A stretch of 64,000 nt of DNA from an uncultured Dehalococcoidaceae bacterium (GTDB taxonomy: Bacteria > Chloroflexota > Dehalococcoidia > Dehalococcoidales > RBG-16-60-22), in the NCBI GenBank assembly GCA_964493435.1, contig CAZBMB010000003.1:194016-258015 (forward strand). Direction: 5' to 3'. This document shows positions 9,609 to 19,468 of the stretch, piece after piece. Made by a program: the position numbers and the translations under genes. Numbering within the stretch: position 1 is the stretch's first letter; every line of letters begins with the position of its first letter. The notes beneath the pieces are model-generated. The model was not told the origin of the DNA and searched no databases. It was given only the letters and a program-made list of their open reading frames with translations.

Positions 9609-10586
9609 CTATTTACCCATCATCTCAAGGATGGCCGCCTTGATTTTTTCCGGGTTGACCAGTATATACTGCTCCTGTCCGGGGTTGAAGGAGACCGGCG
9701 AGTCAAGCGAGGCCACGCGCCTGATGGGCGCGTCCAGGTAATCGAATGCCTTCTCGCCGATGAGGGCGGCAATCTCGGCGCCAAAGCCGCCGGTGCGGCA
9801 GGCCTCGTAGACCACCATCGCCTTGCCCGTCTTCTGCACAGATTTTATTATGATGTCCTCATCAAGTGGCTTCAGCGTCCTGATGTCGACTACCTCGACA
9901 TCTACGCCATCCTTGGAGAGTTCCTCTGCGGCTTCTAGGGCGAAGTTCACACAGCGGGAGTAGGTGATAATGCTGACATCGCTGCCTTCGCGCTTCACTT
10001 CGCCTTTGCCCAGCGGTATGATGTACTCTTTCTCCGGCACCTCGCACGATTCGCCATATAGCTTCTTATGCTCGATGAAGATAACCGGGTTGTCCTCCCT
10101 GATGCTTGATTTAAGCAGGCCCTTGGCGTCGTAGGCGTTGGAGGGCATGACCACGTAGAGGCCCGGGATATGGGCGAAGATGGCCTCCAGGGACTGGGAG
10201 TGATGGGGCCCGGCGGCCACCCCGCCGCCCCCCTGCGTCCGGATGACCAGCGGTACCTTGACCATGCCGCCGGTCATGTAGCGCAGCTTGGCTATCTGGT
10301 TGATAATCTGGTCGGCGGCGATGAAGGAGAAGTCAATGTACATGATTTCGGCCACCGGCCGCATGCCGACCAGTGAGGCACCCAGCGCAGCCCCGGCGAT
10401 GGCTGCCTCTGCCAGGGGCGTGTTCCTGATGCGCTCGTGGCCGAACTCTTCCAGTAATCCCTGGCTTACCTTATAGGAACCGCCGTACTCGGCGATTTCT
10501 TCTCCCATCATGAAAACTTTGGGGTCGCGCTTCATCTCTTCGCGGAGCGCTCCCCGCACGGCTTCTCGAAAGGTTAACTCTGGCAT
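9609..10586 (-). CDS. 2-oxoacid dehydrogenase E1 beta subunit
   Basis: 325 aa. Transketolase-like pyrimidine-binding and C-terminal domains; typical MPELTFREA... start. Confidence 0.9.
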   Translation of the reverse strand: MPELTFREAVRGALREEMKRDPKVFMMGEEIAEYGGSYKVSQGLLEEFGHERIRNTPLAEAAIAGAALGASLVGMRPVAEIMYIDFSFIAADQIINQIAKLRYMTGGMVKVPLVIRTQGGGGVAAGPHHSQSLEAIFAHIPGLYVVMPSNAYDAKGLLKSSIREDNPVIFIEHKKLYGESCEVPEKEYIIPLGKGEVKREGSDVSIITYSRCVNFALEAAEELSKDGVDVEVVDIRTLKPLDEDIIIKSVQKTGKAMVVYEACRTGGFGAEIAALIGEKAFDYLDAPIRRVASLDSPVSFNPGQEQYILVNPEKIKAAILEMMGK

Positions 10587-10603
10587 GCTTCCCCCCTTTT
10601 ATA

Positions 10604-11566
10604 TCAGGCGTAAATATCTTCCAGTGCTTCTTCCGGCGTGGGCTCCGGGCTTTCCTGGGCGAACTTGACCGCTTCGTCCAGTTCCCGCAGCACATTCTGC
10701 TCGATTTCATCAAGCTCGGCGTCCGTGGCCATCTTGTTCTGTACCATCTGCTGGCGCAGTCGTTTAATCGGGTCTTTCTTCTTCCACTCCTCAACTTCCT
10801 CCTTGGGCCGGTAACTGGTGCCGGGGTCACCCATGTGGTGGCCGACGGTCCGGTAGGTGTTGGCGACGATGAGTATGGGCCCCTCACCTTTACGGCACTT
10901 CTCAATGGCCTCTATGGCTACTTCGGCAACAGCGATGGCGTCGTTGCCATCAACGCTTATCCCGGGAATACCGTAGCCTTTGGCGCGGTCGGCGATGTCG
11001 GTAAGGCGGGTGTAATCACGGGTGGGAGTGCTCTGCTGGTACTGGTTGTTCTGGCAGACGAAGAGTACAGGCAGGCTCCAGGCTGTCGCCAGCCCGATGC
11101 CTTCATGGAAAGCGCCTGAATTGGTCGCGCCGTCGCCAAAGAAAGCGACCATTATGCTGTCTTTGCCCTGCATCTTGAGGGCGGCGCCGACGCCGGCGGC
11201 GATGGGAAGGCCGTCGCCGACGATACCGGTGGCACCGAGGATATTGCGTGACACATCGGCGATGTGCATTGAGCCGCCCTTGCCCTTGCAGTAGCCGGTC
11301 TTCCTGGCGAAGAGCTCGGCCATCATGCGGTCAAGCTGGGCGCCCTTGGCGATGATATCACCGTGGCCGCGATGTGTGGTTATCGTATAGTCATCCTCGC
11401 GGAGAAAGGCGCAGACTCCCGCCGGTGTGGCTTCCTGGCCGATTGACGGATGGACAAAGCCGGGCAGCCCCTTGCGGTACTCGGTTATCGCCCTCTCTTC
11501 AAAGAAGCGGATTTTCACCATGATGGTGTACATTTCCTTGAGTTTGGCAGCGTCTATTTCCGGCAT
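10604..11566 (-). CDS. 2-oxoacid dehydrogenase E1 alpha (TPP) subunit
   Basis: Start refined to the ATG at 11566 (MPEIDAAKL), 7 nt after GGAGG. TPP motif GDGATNSGAFHE...CQNNQY. Confidence 0.88.
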   Translation of the reverse strand: MPEIDAAKLKEMYTIMVKIRFFEERAITEYRKGLPGFVHPSIGQEATPAGVCAFLREDDYTITTHRGHGDIIAKGAQLDRMMAELFARKTGYCKGKGGSMHIADVSRNILGATGIVGDGLPIAAGVGAALKMQGKDSIMVAFFGDGATNSGAFHEGIGLATAWSLPVLFVCQNNQYQQSTPTRDYTRLTDIADRAKGYGIPGISVDGNDAIAVAEVAIEAIEKCRKGEGPILIVANTYRTVGHHMGDPGTSYRPKEEVEEWKKKDPIKRLRQQMVQNKMATDAELDEIEQNVLRELDEAVKFAQESPEPTPEEALEDIYA

Positions 11567-11635
11567 AGGTAACCTCCTCTGAAGTCGCGATTGGGACAAA
11601 ATTCCAGAGTAAGATTACCATACCGCCGCTTCTGC

Positions 11636-11649
11636 GGTCAAGATTGACC
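11636..11649. promoter_or_regulatory. palindrome GGTCAA-GA-TTGACC in the divergent E1alpha/enolase intergenic region
   Basis: Perfect 6-bp arms read directly. Each arm reads TTGACC (-35-like) toward one of the divergent genes. A TATAAT at 11674-11679 with TTGCAG 18 nt upstream is a candidate plus-strand promoter. Confidence 0.35.
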
Positions 11650-11725
11650 TTGCAGACATTTCACCGGGGAGAGTATAATCCTTGTAACCCATTTTGATTT
11701 AAGCAGTTGCGAAGGAGGCACGTTG

Positions 11726-12880
11726 ATGAAAATCACTGACCTGCGCGTTTTCCAGACCCAGGGGGCCCATGCCAACTGGACATTTGTGAAGATATATACC
11801 GATGAAGGTCTTACCGGCGTCGGCGAGGCCAGCCTGGAGCGCTTCAACGACGTGGTGGCCAAGGCGGTCGAGTCATTGAAGGACTATATCATTGGCAAGG
11901 ACCCTTTCCAGATTGAACATATCTGGAACTCGATTTATAAAAGTACCTTCTGGCACGGCGGCGTAATCATACTCAGCGCGCTCAGCGGGATTGAGCAGGC
12001 GCTGTGGGACATAAAGGGGAAGGCGCTCGGCGTGCCCATTTACGAGTTCCTGGGGGGCAAGCTCAGGGATAAGGTGAGAGCCTACGCCAATGCCTGGGCT
12101 TTCCAGAAAATAGTAACCCAGGTGACGGCCGAGGATACCCCGGAATCAATCGCCGAGAATGCCCTGAAAATGGTGGCCGAAGGCTTTACCGCCATGAAGT
12201 GGGACCCGTTCCGTGAGGGAGGACAGGTCATTCCCAAGTCGGAGGAGGAATACGCCATCGCCTGCGTCAAGGCGGTGCGGGAGGCGGTGGGGCCGTCTGT
12301 GGACATACTCGTTGAATGCCACGGACGCTTCAACATGCACAGCGCCGTCCGCATGGCGCAGAAGCTGGAACCCTATGACCCGTTCTTCTATGAGGAACCG
12401 ATACCGCCGGATAACATAGATGCCATGGCTGAAGTCCAGCGGTCGATAAACCTGCCCGTGGCCACGGGCGAGCGCCTCTTCACTCGCTGGGAATTCCGCT
12501 CCCTTTTGGAGAAACAGGCGGCGCGCATTATCCAGCCTGACATCTGTCACGTGGGCGGTTTTATGGAGTTGAAAAAGGTGGCGGCTATGGCTGAATCCTA
12601 CTACGTATCCGTCCAGCCCCATAACTCCAACGGCCCCATCTGCGTGCTGGCGAGTTTGCATTTTGATGCCAGCATCCCCAATGTGCAGTTCCAGGAATTC
12701 TTCTACCCCTATCTTGACCTTTACAATGAGATGCTCACCGAGCCCATCAGGTATAAGGACGGCTATCTGGAAATACCCACCGGCCCCGGTCTGGGCTCGG
12801 ACATAAATGAGAAGTTCATCCTCAAACGGCCTCCGGTACCCCAGCCTCAATTAGCCACTTGGATAGGTTCGTACTGGTAG
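11726..12880 (+). CDS. enolase-superfamily (mandelate racemase/galactonate dehydratase-like) acid-sugar dehydratase
   Basis: About 384 aa. MKITDLRVF...ASLERF N-terminal capping domain, then a barrel with KWDPF, EEP and ATGERLFTRWEF. GAAGGAGG RBS. Confidence 0.85.
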   Translation: MKITDLRVFQTQGAHANWTFVKIYTDEGLTGVGEASLERFNDVVAKAVESLKDYIIGKDPFQIEHIWNSIYKSTFWHGGVIILSALSGIEQALWDIKGKALGVPIYEFLGGKLRDKVRAYANAWAFQKIVTQVTAEDTPESIAENALKMVAEGFTAMKWDPFREGGQVIPKSEEEYAIACVKAVREAVGPSVDILVECHGRFNMHSAVRMAQKLEPYDPFFYEEPIPPDNIDAMAEVQRSINLPVATGERLFTRWEFRSLLEKQAARIIQPDICHVGGFMELKKVAAMAESYYVSVQPHNSNGPICVLASLHFDASIPNVQFQEFFYPYLDLYNEMLTEPIRYKDGYLEIPTGPGLGSDINEKFILKRPPVPQPQLATWIGSYW

Positions 12881-12901
12881 CCTTGGCGAAAGGAGTTTGC
12901 T

Positions 12902-14416
12902 ATGTTAACACAGGGGAATTACCGCTGGGATGAGACCACGGAGATACTCGTCATCGGGTACGGGCTATCCGGTGCCGTGGCGGCGATAACCGCCCATGAC
13001 CTGGGCGCGCGCGTTACGCTGCTTGAGAAGCAGCCTGCCGAGACACACAACACCTGCAGTAGCCTTGCCATGGGCGTGTTTTTATCTATCTCAAACGTTA
13101 AGCGAGCTACCGAGTATATGACTGCCCTGAACCAGGCCGGCAGCTATCCAGAGCTGCCGTGGACGGATGCGGAGACGGTGAAGGCCTGGATAACCTATAC
13201 TGCCCAGAATAAGGACTGGATCGTTCGGCTTGGTGGCAATGTCAAGCTTGTATCCAAGCTCGTCGAGTTTCCCGGGCTCCCCGGAGCTGACTGCATGGAG
13301 CTGTGGAAGTACCAGGGCAACGGCCTGCGCATGATGAAGTTCATGTATGAACAGGTGGCCTCGCGGAGGATAGACGTGCGCTACCAGACATCGGCGGCAC
13401 GGTTGTTGACCGACAACATGGGCCGGGTGGTGGGGGCGCAGGTGCTAGATTGTCGCGGAAGCGCTCCGCAGGAGGTTAACATCAGGGCCACCAAAGCGGT
13501 GCTTCTGTGCAGCGGCGGCTTTGAAGAAAACGAGGAGATGAAGCTGCAGTACCTCCGCGTCTCCCCGATGTACTTCGCCGGCGGCACCGGCAATACCGGC
13601 GACGGCATCAGGATGGCCCAGGAGGTCGGTGCCGACCTCTGGCATATGAACTGCGTCTCGGCACGACTCTGCGCCAAGTTCCCCGATTTCTACATGGGCG
13701 TTTTCATCGACTTCAGCGGCGGTGGCTGGAGCCAGAGCACGATGAAAGCGGAGAAGGCGAAGGCACCGGCCGGGTTCATCATCGTTGATAAGTATGGCCG
13801 CCGCTACATGACCGAGGAATTGAAGCCGCATACGGCTTCGTATGAATGCGGCTGGTTTGACTCCTATAAACTGGAGTACCCGCGGGTGCCCAGCTACCAC
13901 GTATTCGACCAGAGAAGGATTAAATATGGTGCCCTGGCGCAGCTGGTCAGCGGGCCCACCGGCCCGCACCGACTCTACACGTGGAGTCGGGACAACTTGG
14001 TTGAGCTGCGGAAGGGGTGGATTATAAAGGGCGATACGGTGGCCGAGCTTGCCGCCAATCTCAATATGCCACCGGAAAATCTGGCCAGCACTATCAATAC
14101 CTGGAACAAGTGCTGTCAGGCTGGCGGCGACCCCGACTTTGGCCGCAATCCGCTGGAGCTGGTGCCGCTGGACGAGCCGCCGTTCTTCGCCATCAGGTTA
14201 TTCCCCGGCGGTTCCAATACGCTCGGCGGCCCGCGACGAAACAGTCGGGCGCAGGTGCTCAATCCATTCGGTGAGCCGATTCGGGGCCTTTATGCGGCCG
14301 GCGAGTGCGGTTCGGTATTCGGCCTGCTGTATCCTGCGGGCGGCGGCAACCTGGCGGAGTGCATCGCCTTCGGCCGCATCGCTGCTGAGAGTGCGGTGAA
14401 AGAAAAAGCCGGCTAA
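12902..14416 (+). CDS. FAD-dependent oxidoreductase (FAD_binding_2; fumarate reductase/KstD-like flavoprotein)
   Basis: 504 aa. N-terminal VIGYGLSGAVAA dinucleotide fold; C-terminal GLYAAGECG motif. Confidence 0.75.
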   Translation: MLTQGNYRWDETTEILVIGYGLSGAVAAITAHDLGARVTLLEKQPAETHNTCSSLAMGVFLSISNVKRATEYMTALNQAGSYPELPWTDAETVKAWITYTAQNKDWIVRLGGNVKLVSKLVEFPGLPGADCMELWKYQGNGLRMMKFMYEQVASRRIDVRYQTSAARLLTDNMGRVVGAQVLDCRGSAPQEVNIRATKAVLLCSGGFEENEEMKLQYLRVSPMYFAGGTGNTGDGIRMAQEVGADLWHMNCVSARLCAKFPDFYMGVFIDFSGGGWSQSTMKAEKAKAPAGFIIVDKYGRRYMTEELKPHTASYECGWFDSYKLEYPRVPSYHVFDQRRIKYGALAQLVSGPTGPHRLYTWSRDNLVELRKGWIIKGDTVAELAANLNMPPENLASTINTWNKCCQAGGDPDFGRNPLELVPLDEPPFFAIRLFPGGSNTLGGPRRNSRAQVLNPFGEPIRGLYAAGECGSVFGLLYPAGGGNLAECIAFGRIAAESAVKEKAG

Positions 14417-14442
14417 TACATAGAAACTGAAAGGAGAAAAAC

Positions 14443-15507
14443 GTGAAACAGGCAGAGCTTAAAGGAAAGATACAGACAGTATTGGGGTTGATAGCACCAG
14501 CAGAAATGGGCATCACCCTGCCACATGAGCACCTCATCTGCGATGCGACTACCTGGCATTATGCCCCGGACGAAGCCACGGAGCGGAAATGGGCCAGTCA
14601 CCCGGTGACCATCGATACCCTGTGGTGGATACGCTATCATCCTTTCCAGAACCTGGATGACCTGCAGCTGATGGATGAGGAGTTGGTGATAGATGAGGTC
14701 ATGCGTTACAAGGCGCTGGGTGGGGAAACGATTGTGGAACTTACCGTGCGCGGACTTTACCCTGACCCGAAGGCGGTGGCCCGCATCGCCCGCAGCACCG
14801 GTGTGAATATCATCATGGGCACCGCTTACTATGTGGAGTCTTCGTATCCGGCGACTGGCGTCGATGTCAATGCCAAGAGTGAGGAAGAAATCGCCGAGGA
14901 GTTCGTCAAAGATATTTTTGAAGGTTTCGGCAGCACCGGGATACATGCCGGGCTTATCGGTGAGATAGGCTGCTCCTGGCCTTTCACCGCCAATGAGCAG
15001 AAGGTGGTGCGGGCCGGAGCACGTGCTCAGAAAGTCACCGGCGCTGCGGTTAACATTCACCCCGGCCAGAACGAGATGGCGGCTATGGAGTGCATCAAGG
15101 TACTGGACAAAGCAGGCGCTGACCTGAGCCGCGTGGTTATGAGCCACTGTGACCGTGCGGTGCGAGAGCCGGCAAATCGCATTGAGCTGGCCAAGACCGG
15201 CTGTACCATTGAGTATGACCTGTTCGGAAGAGAAGGCTACTATCCCACACGCTTCCGTGTGCTGGATATTCCCAATGACGCCCAGCGTATCAACGAGATA
15301 AAAGAACTGGCCGATAAAGGTTTTGAGAAGCAGATTTTCGTTTCGCACGATAATTACACAAAAAGCGCGCTCTGCCGCTACGGCGGCTGGGGCTACGGAC
15401 ACATCCTGCGGGATACCGTGCCGGTGATGAAAATCAAAGGCCTCTCGCAGGGGCTTATCGATACTATAATGATTGAAAATCCAAAGCGGATGTTCACCTT
15501 TGTGTGA
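14443..15507 (+). CDS. phosphotriesterase-family (PTE/PHP-like) amidohydrolase, possible lactonase
   Basis: 354 aa with a GTG start. GITLPHEHLICD metal-binding motif typical of PTE homology proteins. Confidence 0.8.
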   Translation: MKQAELKGKIQTVLGLIAPAEMGITLPHEHLICDATTWHYAPDEATERKWASHPVTIDTLWWIRYHPFQNLDDLQLMDEELVIDEVMRYKALGGETIVELTVRGLYPDPKAVARIARSTGVNIIMGTAYYVESSYPATGVDVNAKSEEEIAEEFVKDIFEGFGSTGIHAGLIGEIGCSWPFTANEQKVVRAGARAQKVTGAAVNIHPGQNEMAAMECIKVLDKAGADLSRVVMSHCDRAVREPANRIELAKTGCTIEYDLFGREGYYPTRFRVLDIPNDAQRINEIKELADKGFEKQIFVSHDNYTKSALCRYGGWGYGHILRDTVPVMKIKGLSQGLIDTIMIENPKRMFTFV

Positions 15508-15527
15508 ATATATAAGGAGGCAGGCTT

Positions 15528-16802
15528 ATGAGCAACAGGCAAAAAACAAAGGTGCCGGTGCTGGCCTGGTACGGTGACGAGGAACTGGAGATAGATTTTC
15601 CGGAAGCCTGGGACGTCACCGTCTGCAAAATGAAGGGGCACGATGCACCACCCCTCTCCGATGCCCAGATACGGAAGGCTTTCGCCAATCCCGTTGGCAC
15701 CAGGACGGTAAAGGAGCTGGCCAGGGGCAAAAAGGAGGTGGCCATCCTCTTTGATGACCTTTCCCGGCCAACGCCGTCAGCCATGCTGATACCATACATT
15801 CTAGAAGAGCTCAAGGCGGCGGGTATTCCCGATGACAACATCCGTTTCATTGCCGCCATCGGCGCTCACGGCACCATGAATGGTATCGACTTTCGGAAGA
15901 AGCTGGGCGATGATGTCATGTCGCGGTTCCTGTTCTACAACCATAATCCGTATGAGAACTGCACCCCGCTGGGGGTCAGCAAGTATGGAACACCAATGGA
16001 GGTTAACAGCGAGTTCATGGCCTGCGACCTTAAAATAGGCATCGGCGTCATCGTGCCGCATCCCTATGGCTTTGGCGGTGGCTGCAAAATCATCCTGCCC
16101 GGCGTCGCCTCCATGCAGACGATTGCCTCAAACCACAACCGGCTGGTGTTTGACCCCTCGGTGGCCATCGGCAAGCTGCGCGAAAACGTTATCCTTGAAG
16201 ACATCATTGAAGCTGCCCGTATGGCCCGGCTTGATGTCAAGGTGGACGCCATCGTCAACCTGAAAAGGGAAGTGACTGCGCTATTCGTGGGCGACCCGGT
16301 TGAAGAGCACAAGGCAGGCGTTGAGGTTGCCAAAAAACATTACGCTACGGATATGGTGCACAATGCCGATATTGTGGTGGCCAACTGCTTCTCCAAGGCG
16401 AATGAAATGACCCTGGCGCCGCCGGTGGTCTCACCGCTGCTGGCTGAAGACGGAGGTGGCGATATGGTGCTGGTAGTGGTGACGCCGGAAGGGCAGATAC
16501 ACCACTATTTCGACCGCAGTTTCGGCAAGAACTACGGCGGGCTGGGATGGGGACCACTAATCCGCAAGAGTACGCTACCAGATAGAACGAAGAAGCTGTC
16601 CATTCTAGCGCCGTATTCGGATAAGGTCGGTGCCGACTGGGTGGCGCCGTATGAGATGGTTCACCAGGCCAGGAACTGGCCGGAGGTAATTAAAGACTTG
16701 GAGCGGCGGTACGGCAATAAAGCTAAAGTAGCCGTGGTGCCTGACGCCACCGTCCAGTATTTCCCGGAAGCGGTACCGAAGTGTGACGTCTGCTCCGGCT
16801 AG
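15528..16802 (+). CDS. LarA-like nickel-pincer-nucleotide-dependent 2-hydroxyacid racemase/epimerase homologue (paralogue 1)
   Basis: 424 aa. Motifs ILFDDLSRPTP, AAIGAHG, VPHPYGFGGGCKIILPGV and ASNHN parallel the LarA cofactor and catalytic motifs. Confidence 0.8.
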   Translation: MSNRQKTKVPVLAWYGDEELEIDFPEAWDVTVCKMKGHDAPPLSDAQIRKAFANPVGTRTVKELARGKKEVAILFDDLSRPTPSAMLIPYILEELKAAGIPDDNIRFIAAIGAHGTMNGIDFRKKLGDDVMSRFLFYNHNPYENCTPLGVSKYGTPMEVNSEFMACDLKIGIGVIVPHPYGFGGGCKIILPGVASMQTIASNHNRLVFDPSVAIGKLRENVILEDIIEAARMARLDVKVDAIVNLKREVTALFVGDPVEEHKAGVEVAKKHYATDMVHNADIVVANCFSKANEMTLAPPVVSPLLAEDGGGDMVLVVVTPEGQIHHYFDRSFGKNYGGLGWGPLIRKSTLPDRTKKLSILAPYSDKVGADWVAPYEMVHQARNWPEVIKDLERRYGNKAKVAVVPDATVQYFPEAVPKCDVCSG

Positions 16803-16825
16803 GCCGAAAAGGGAGGACATAAATA

Positions 16826-16866
16826 AAGCAGGGTGTCGGCTGTATTATTATGTCGGCACCCTGCTT
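16826..16866. terminator. bidirectional intrinsic terminator between the convergent larA-like genes
   Basis: A 15-bp stem (AAGCAGGGTGTCGGC / GTCGGCACCCTGCTT, with two G:U pairs), an 11-nt loop, and T-rich tracts on both sides. Confidence 0.7.
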
Positions 16867-16892
16867 CTTATTTAAGTTGAGACTCTGATGTT

Positions 16893-18170
16893 TTAGTCGC
16901 CGGGAACGGTGGGACCTTTGGGCATACTGCTGTGCGGGAAGTATTGCAGCGTGCCGTCGGGCACGACCACCGCTTTGGCTTTAGCGCCGTGGTTCTTTTT
17001 CAGCGCGGCCAGTATCTCAGCCCAGCTGTTAAGTATGGTTATCTTGTCAATGGCGCCGATCCAGTCAAGCCCGGCCTTGTCAATGTACGGTCCGAGGGCA
17101 TACATTCTTTTCACCCGTGCCGGCAGTTTCTTATGGGCGCCATAGAGCTTGCCGCCGATTGTCTTGCCAAAGCTGCGGGCAAGGTAGTGGCATATCTGGC
17201 CCTCGGGGATGTTGCCGATGATGACGAGGTCGCCGCCGGACTCTTTAAGCATTTTACTGCCCAGCCCGGCCACCAGTGCCGACTCGTTGGCTTTGGCATA
17301 GGAATTGGCCACGACAATATCAGCATCACTCGGTGCCTCGCAGGCGTAGACTTTGCGGCCCATCTTCACGCCCTCGCGCTGGGCTTCAACAAGGTCGCCG
17401 CAGAAGAGAGCAATGGTGTCGCGGTCGATGTTCACCAGGGCGTTGATGGAGAAATCAAGCCCCGCCATGCGCGCAATTTCCTCCATGTCCAGCCTCTGAA
17501 CGTTATCGTCCACTCTGCCCCAGGTATCCAGTATAATGGTGCCAGTTTCGGAAATGGTGCACAACTTGCCGTGGTTGGTGGCAATGGACTTGGCGCTCGA
17601 CACGCCCGGTAGAATCATCTTACCCCCGCCGCCGAAACCGGCGGTGGGGTGGGGCACCAGCGACCCGATGGATACCTTCAGGTCGCAGGCCATGAACTCG
17701 CTGTTCACCTCGACCGGGACGCCGCGCGAAGTGTCACCCAGGTAGGTGCAGTTCTCATACGGGTTGTGGTTGAAGACCAGGTACTTTTGAGGAATTTCCA
17801 TCCCCAGCTTTTTCTGGAAGTCCATGAGTTTCATGGCGCCGTGCAGGCCGAGGGCGGCGATAAATCTGATGTTCTCATCCTTGATACCTCCCTCGTGCAG
17901 CTCATCCAGAACGTGCGGCACAATCTGGTCGGCCTTGGTGGGGCGGGTAAGGTCATCAAAGATAATGCATACCTCTTTTTTTCCTTTGGCCATTTCGGCG
18001 AGTCGCGGCGTGCCAATGGGCTTGCGAAGGGCGTCCCGTATCTGTTGGGCAGTCAGTTTGGGGGCTTTCTCCCCGGCCATTCTGGGTATAATCACCTCCC
18101 AGGAATCGGGAAGCTCAAGCTCCAGTTCAGTGTCACCATACCAGGGGAACTGCGGCACTTTGACAATCAT
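16893..18170 (-). CDS. LarA-like nickel-pincer-nucleotide-dependent 2-hydroxyacid racemase/epimerase homologue (paralogue 2)
   Basis: 425 aa. Motifs IIFDDLTRPTK, AALGLHG, VPHPTAGFGGGGKMILPGV and ATNHG. AAGGAGG RBS. Confidence 0.8.
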   Translation of the reverse strand: MIVKVPQFPWYGDTELELELPDSWEVIIPRMAGEKAPKLTAQQIRDALRKPIGTPRLAEMAKGKKEVCIIFDDLTRPTKADQIVPHVLDELHEGGIKDENIRFIAALGLHGAMKLMDFQKKLGMEIPQKYLVFNHNPYENCTYLGDTSRGVPVEVNSEFMACDLKVSIGSLVPHPTAGFGGGGKMILPGVSSAKSIATNHGKLCTISETGTIILDTWGRVDDNVQRLDMEEIARMAGLDFSINALVNIDRDTIALFCGDLVEAQREGVKMGRKVYACEAPSDADIVVANSYAKANESALVAGLGSKMLKESGGDLVIIGNIPEGQICHYLARSFGKTIGGKLYGAHKKLPARVKRMYALGPYIDKAGLDWIGAIDKITILNSWAEILAALKKNHGAKAKAVVVPDGTLQYFPHSSMPKGPTVPGD

Positions 18171-18268
18171 GCTATACCTCCTTAACCTTGTTATGTAGCC
18201 GATATTATCTGCTTATCTTCTAATAAAGCGCCTTGGTGTGTCAAGCGAGATTGACCATTATAACTGCC

Positions 18269-19468
18269 TTACAGTATCGGCCCAAGCTTGTACAGGACGA
18301 TTGGTTCACGGTAGCCCCGGCGCATCTCGCGCTTGGTCTGCTTGCCGGAGGCAACCGCAATGACCTCGTCTAAAAGACGGTCGGCCACCTGTTCAACCGA
18401 TTCCGCCCCCTCCACAATTGTGTCGGCGTAAATATCAAAGAAATTTTTTTCCTGGCTGTCCCGCGGCTTGCTCTGTCGGCTGACCACGGAAATCTGGGGA
18501 ACAATCGGCATCTCACCGCCCCAGCCTGCCACACAGCGGAAGCTGGAGGTAATGCCGCCTCCTGTAGAATAGAGATGGATGTGCGCGCCGGCAGCTATTT
18601 CGCCGCTTACCAGCTCGCTGGTCTGGGCCGAGCCGTCCATGAAGTACAGGCCCTTGCCATCTGGTTTCTCACCATGTTCCAGCGCGCCCTGCAGCGGCGA
18701 TTTCCCGGTCTTGGCCATCGCCCCCAGTGATTTATCCTCAATGGTGGTCAAGCCCTCGGCGATATTGCCGCGGGTGGGCTGGGTGCCCCTGATGTCCTCG
18801 CCGGTGGCCTTAATCATCGCTTCCTGTCGTTCTACCAAGCTGCGAAACTTTCTGGCTACCTCTTCATTAACCGCCCTTTTGGCTATAAGATGGTCAGCAC
18901 CGATGACCTCGGTGGTCTCGGAGAAGATGGCGGTGCCGCCTTCGGCTATCAGGCGGTCAAATACCATGCCGATAACCGCATTGCCGGCTATGCCTGATAT
19001 GGCACTGGAGCCGCCACATTTCACGCCCAGAGTAAGATAGCTGAGAGGAAAAGGTTTCCTCTGCATCCGGGACGCCTCGGCGACCATGCGGCGGGCGGTG
19101 GTCAGAGCCCGGTCAAGGAGGCTCTGGTAACCATCGCTCTCCATTATGGTGAGGACTTCCACCGGCTTCTTCGTCTTGGTAATGCCCTCGGCAATCTTGG
19201 CTGGTGATGGGTTCTCGCAGCCAACGCCCACTATAAGGACGGCGGCCGCGTTGGGGTTGCTGCCCATGCCGGAGAGTACCCGCGACGCCTTCTCGTTATC
19301 GTCCTTGAGGTTGGCACAGGAGTGGGTAGTAATAACGGGTATGGCACCTGGCACGGCATCGGCGATGGCGGCGGCCATTTCGTTGGCGCAGCGATTGGCT
19401 GCGATGATGACCACGTGGTTGCGTATGCCGACGGAACCGTCAGGCCTTTCATAACCCATAAATTCCAT
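18269..19468 (-). CDS. UxaA/SuyB-type dehydratase large subunit (second copy)
   Basis: 399 aa. Motifs GIRNHVVII, VKCGGSSAISG and GNIAEGLTTIEDKSLGA. Confidence 0.8.
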   Translation of the reverse strand: MEFMGYERPDGSVGIRNHVVIIAANRCANEMAAAIADAVPGAIPVITTHSCANLKDDNEKASRVLSGMGSNPNAAAVLIVGVGCENPSPAKIAEGITKTKKPVEVLTIMESDGYQSLLDRALTTARRMVAEASRMQRKPFPLSYLTLGVKCGGSSAISGIAGNAVIGMVFDRLIAEGGTAIFSETTEVIGADHLIAKRAVNEEVARKFRSLVERQEAMIKATGEDIRGTQPTRGNIAEGLTTIEDKSLGAMAKTGKSPLQGALEHGEKPDGKGLYFMDGSAQTSELVSGEIAAGAHIHLYSTGGGITSSFRCVAGWGGEMPIVPQISVVSRQSKPRDSQEKNFFDIYADTIVEGAESVEQVADRLLDEVIAVASGKQTKREMRRGYREPIVLYKLGPIL

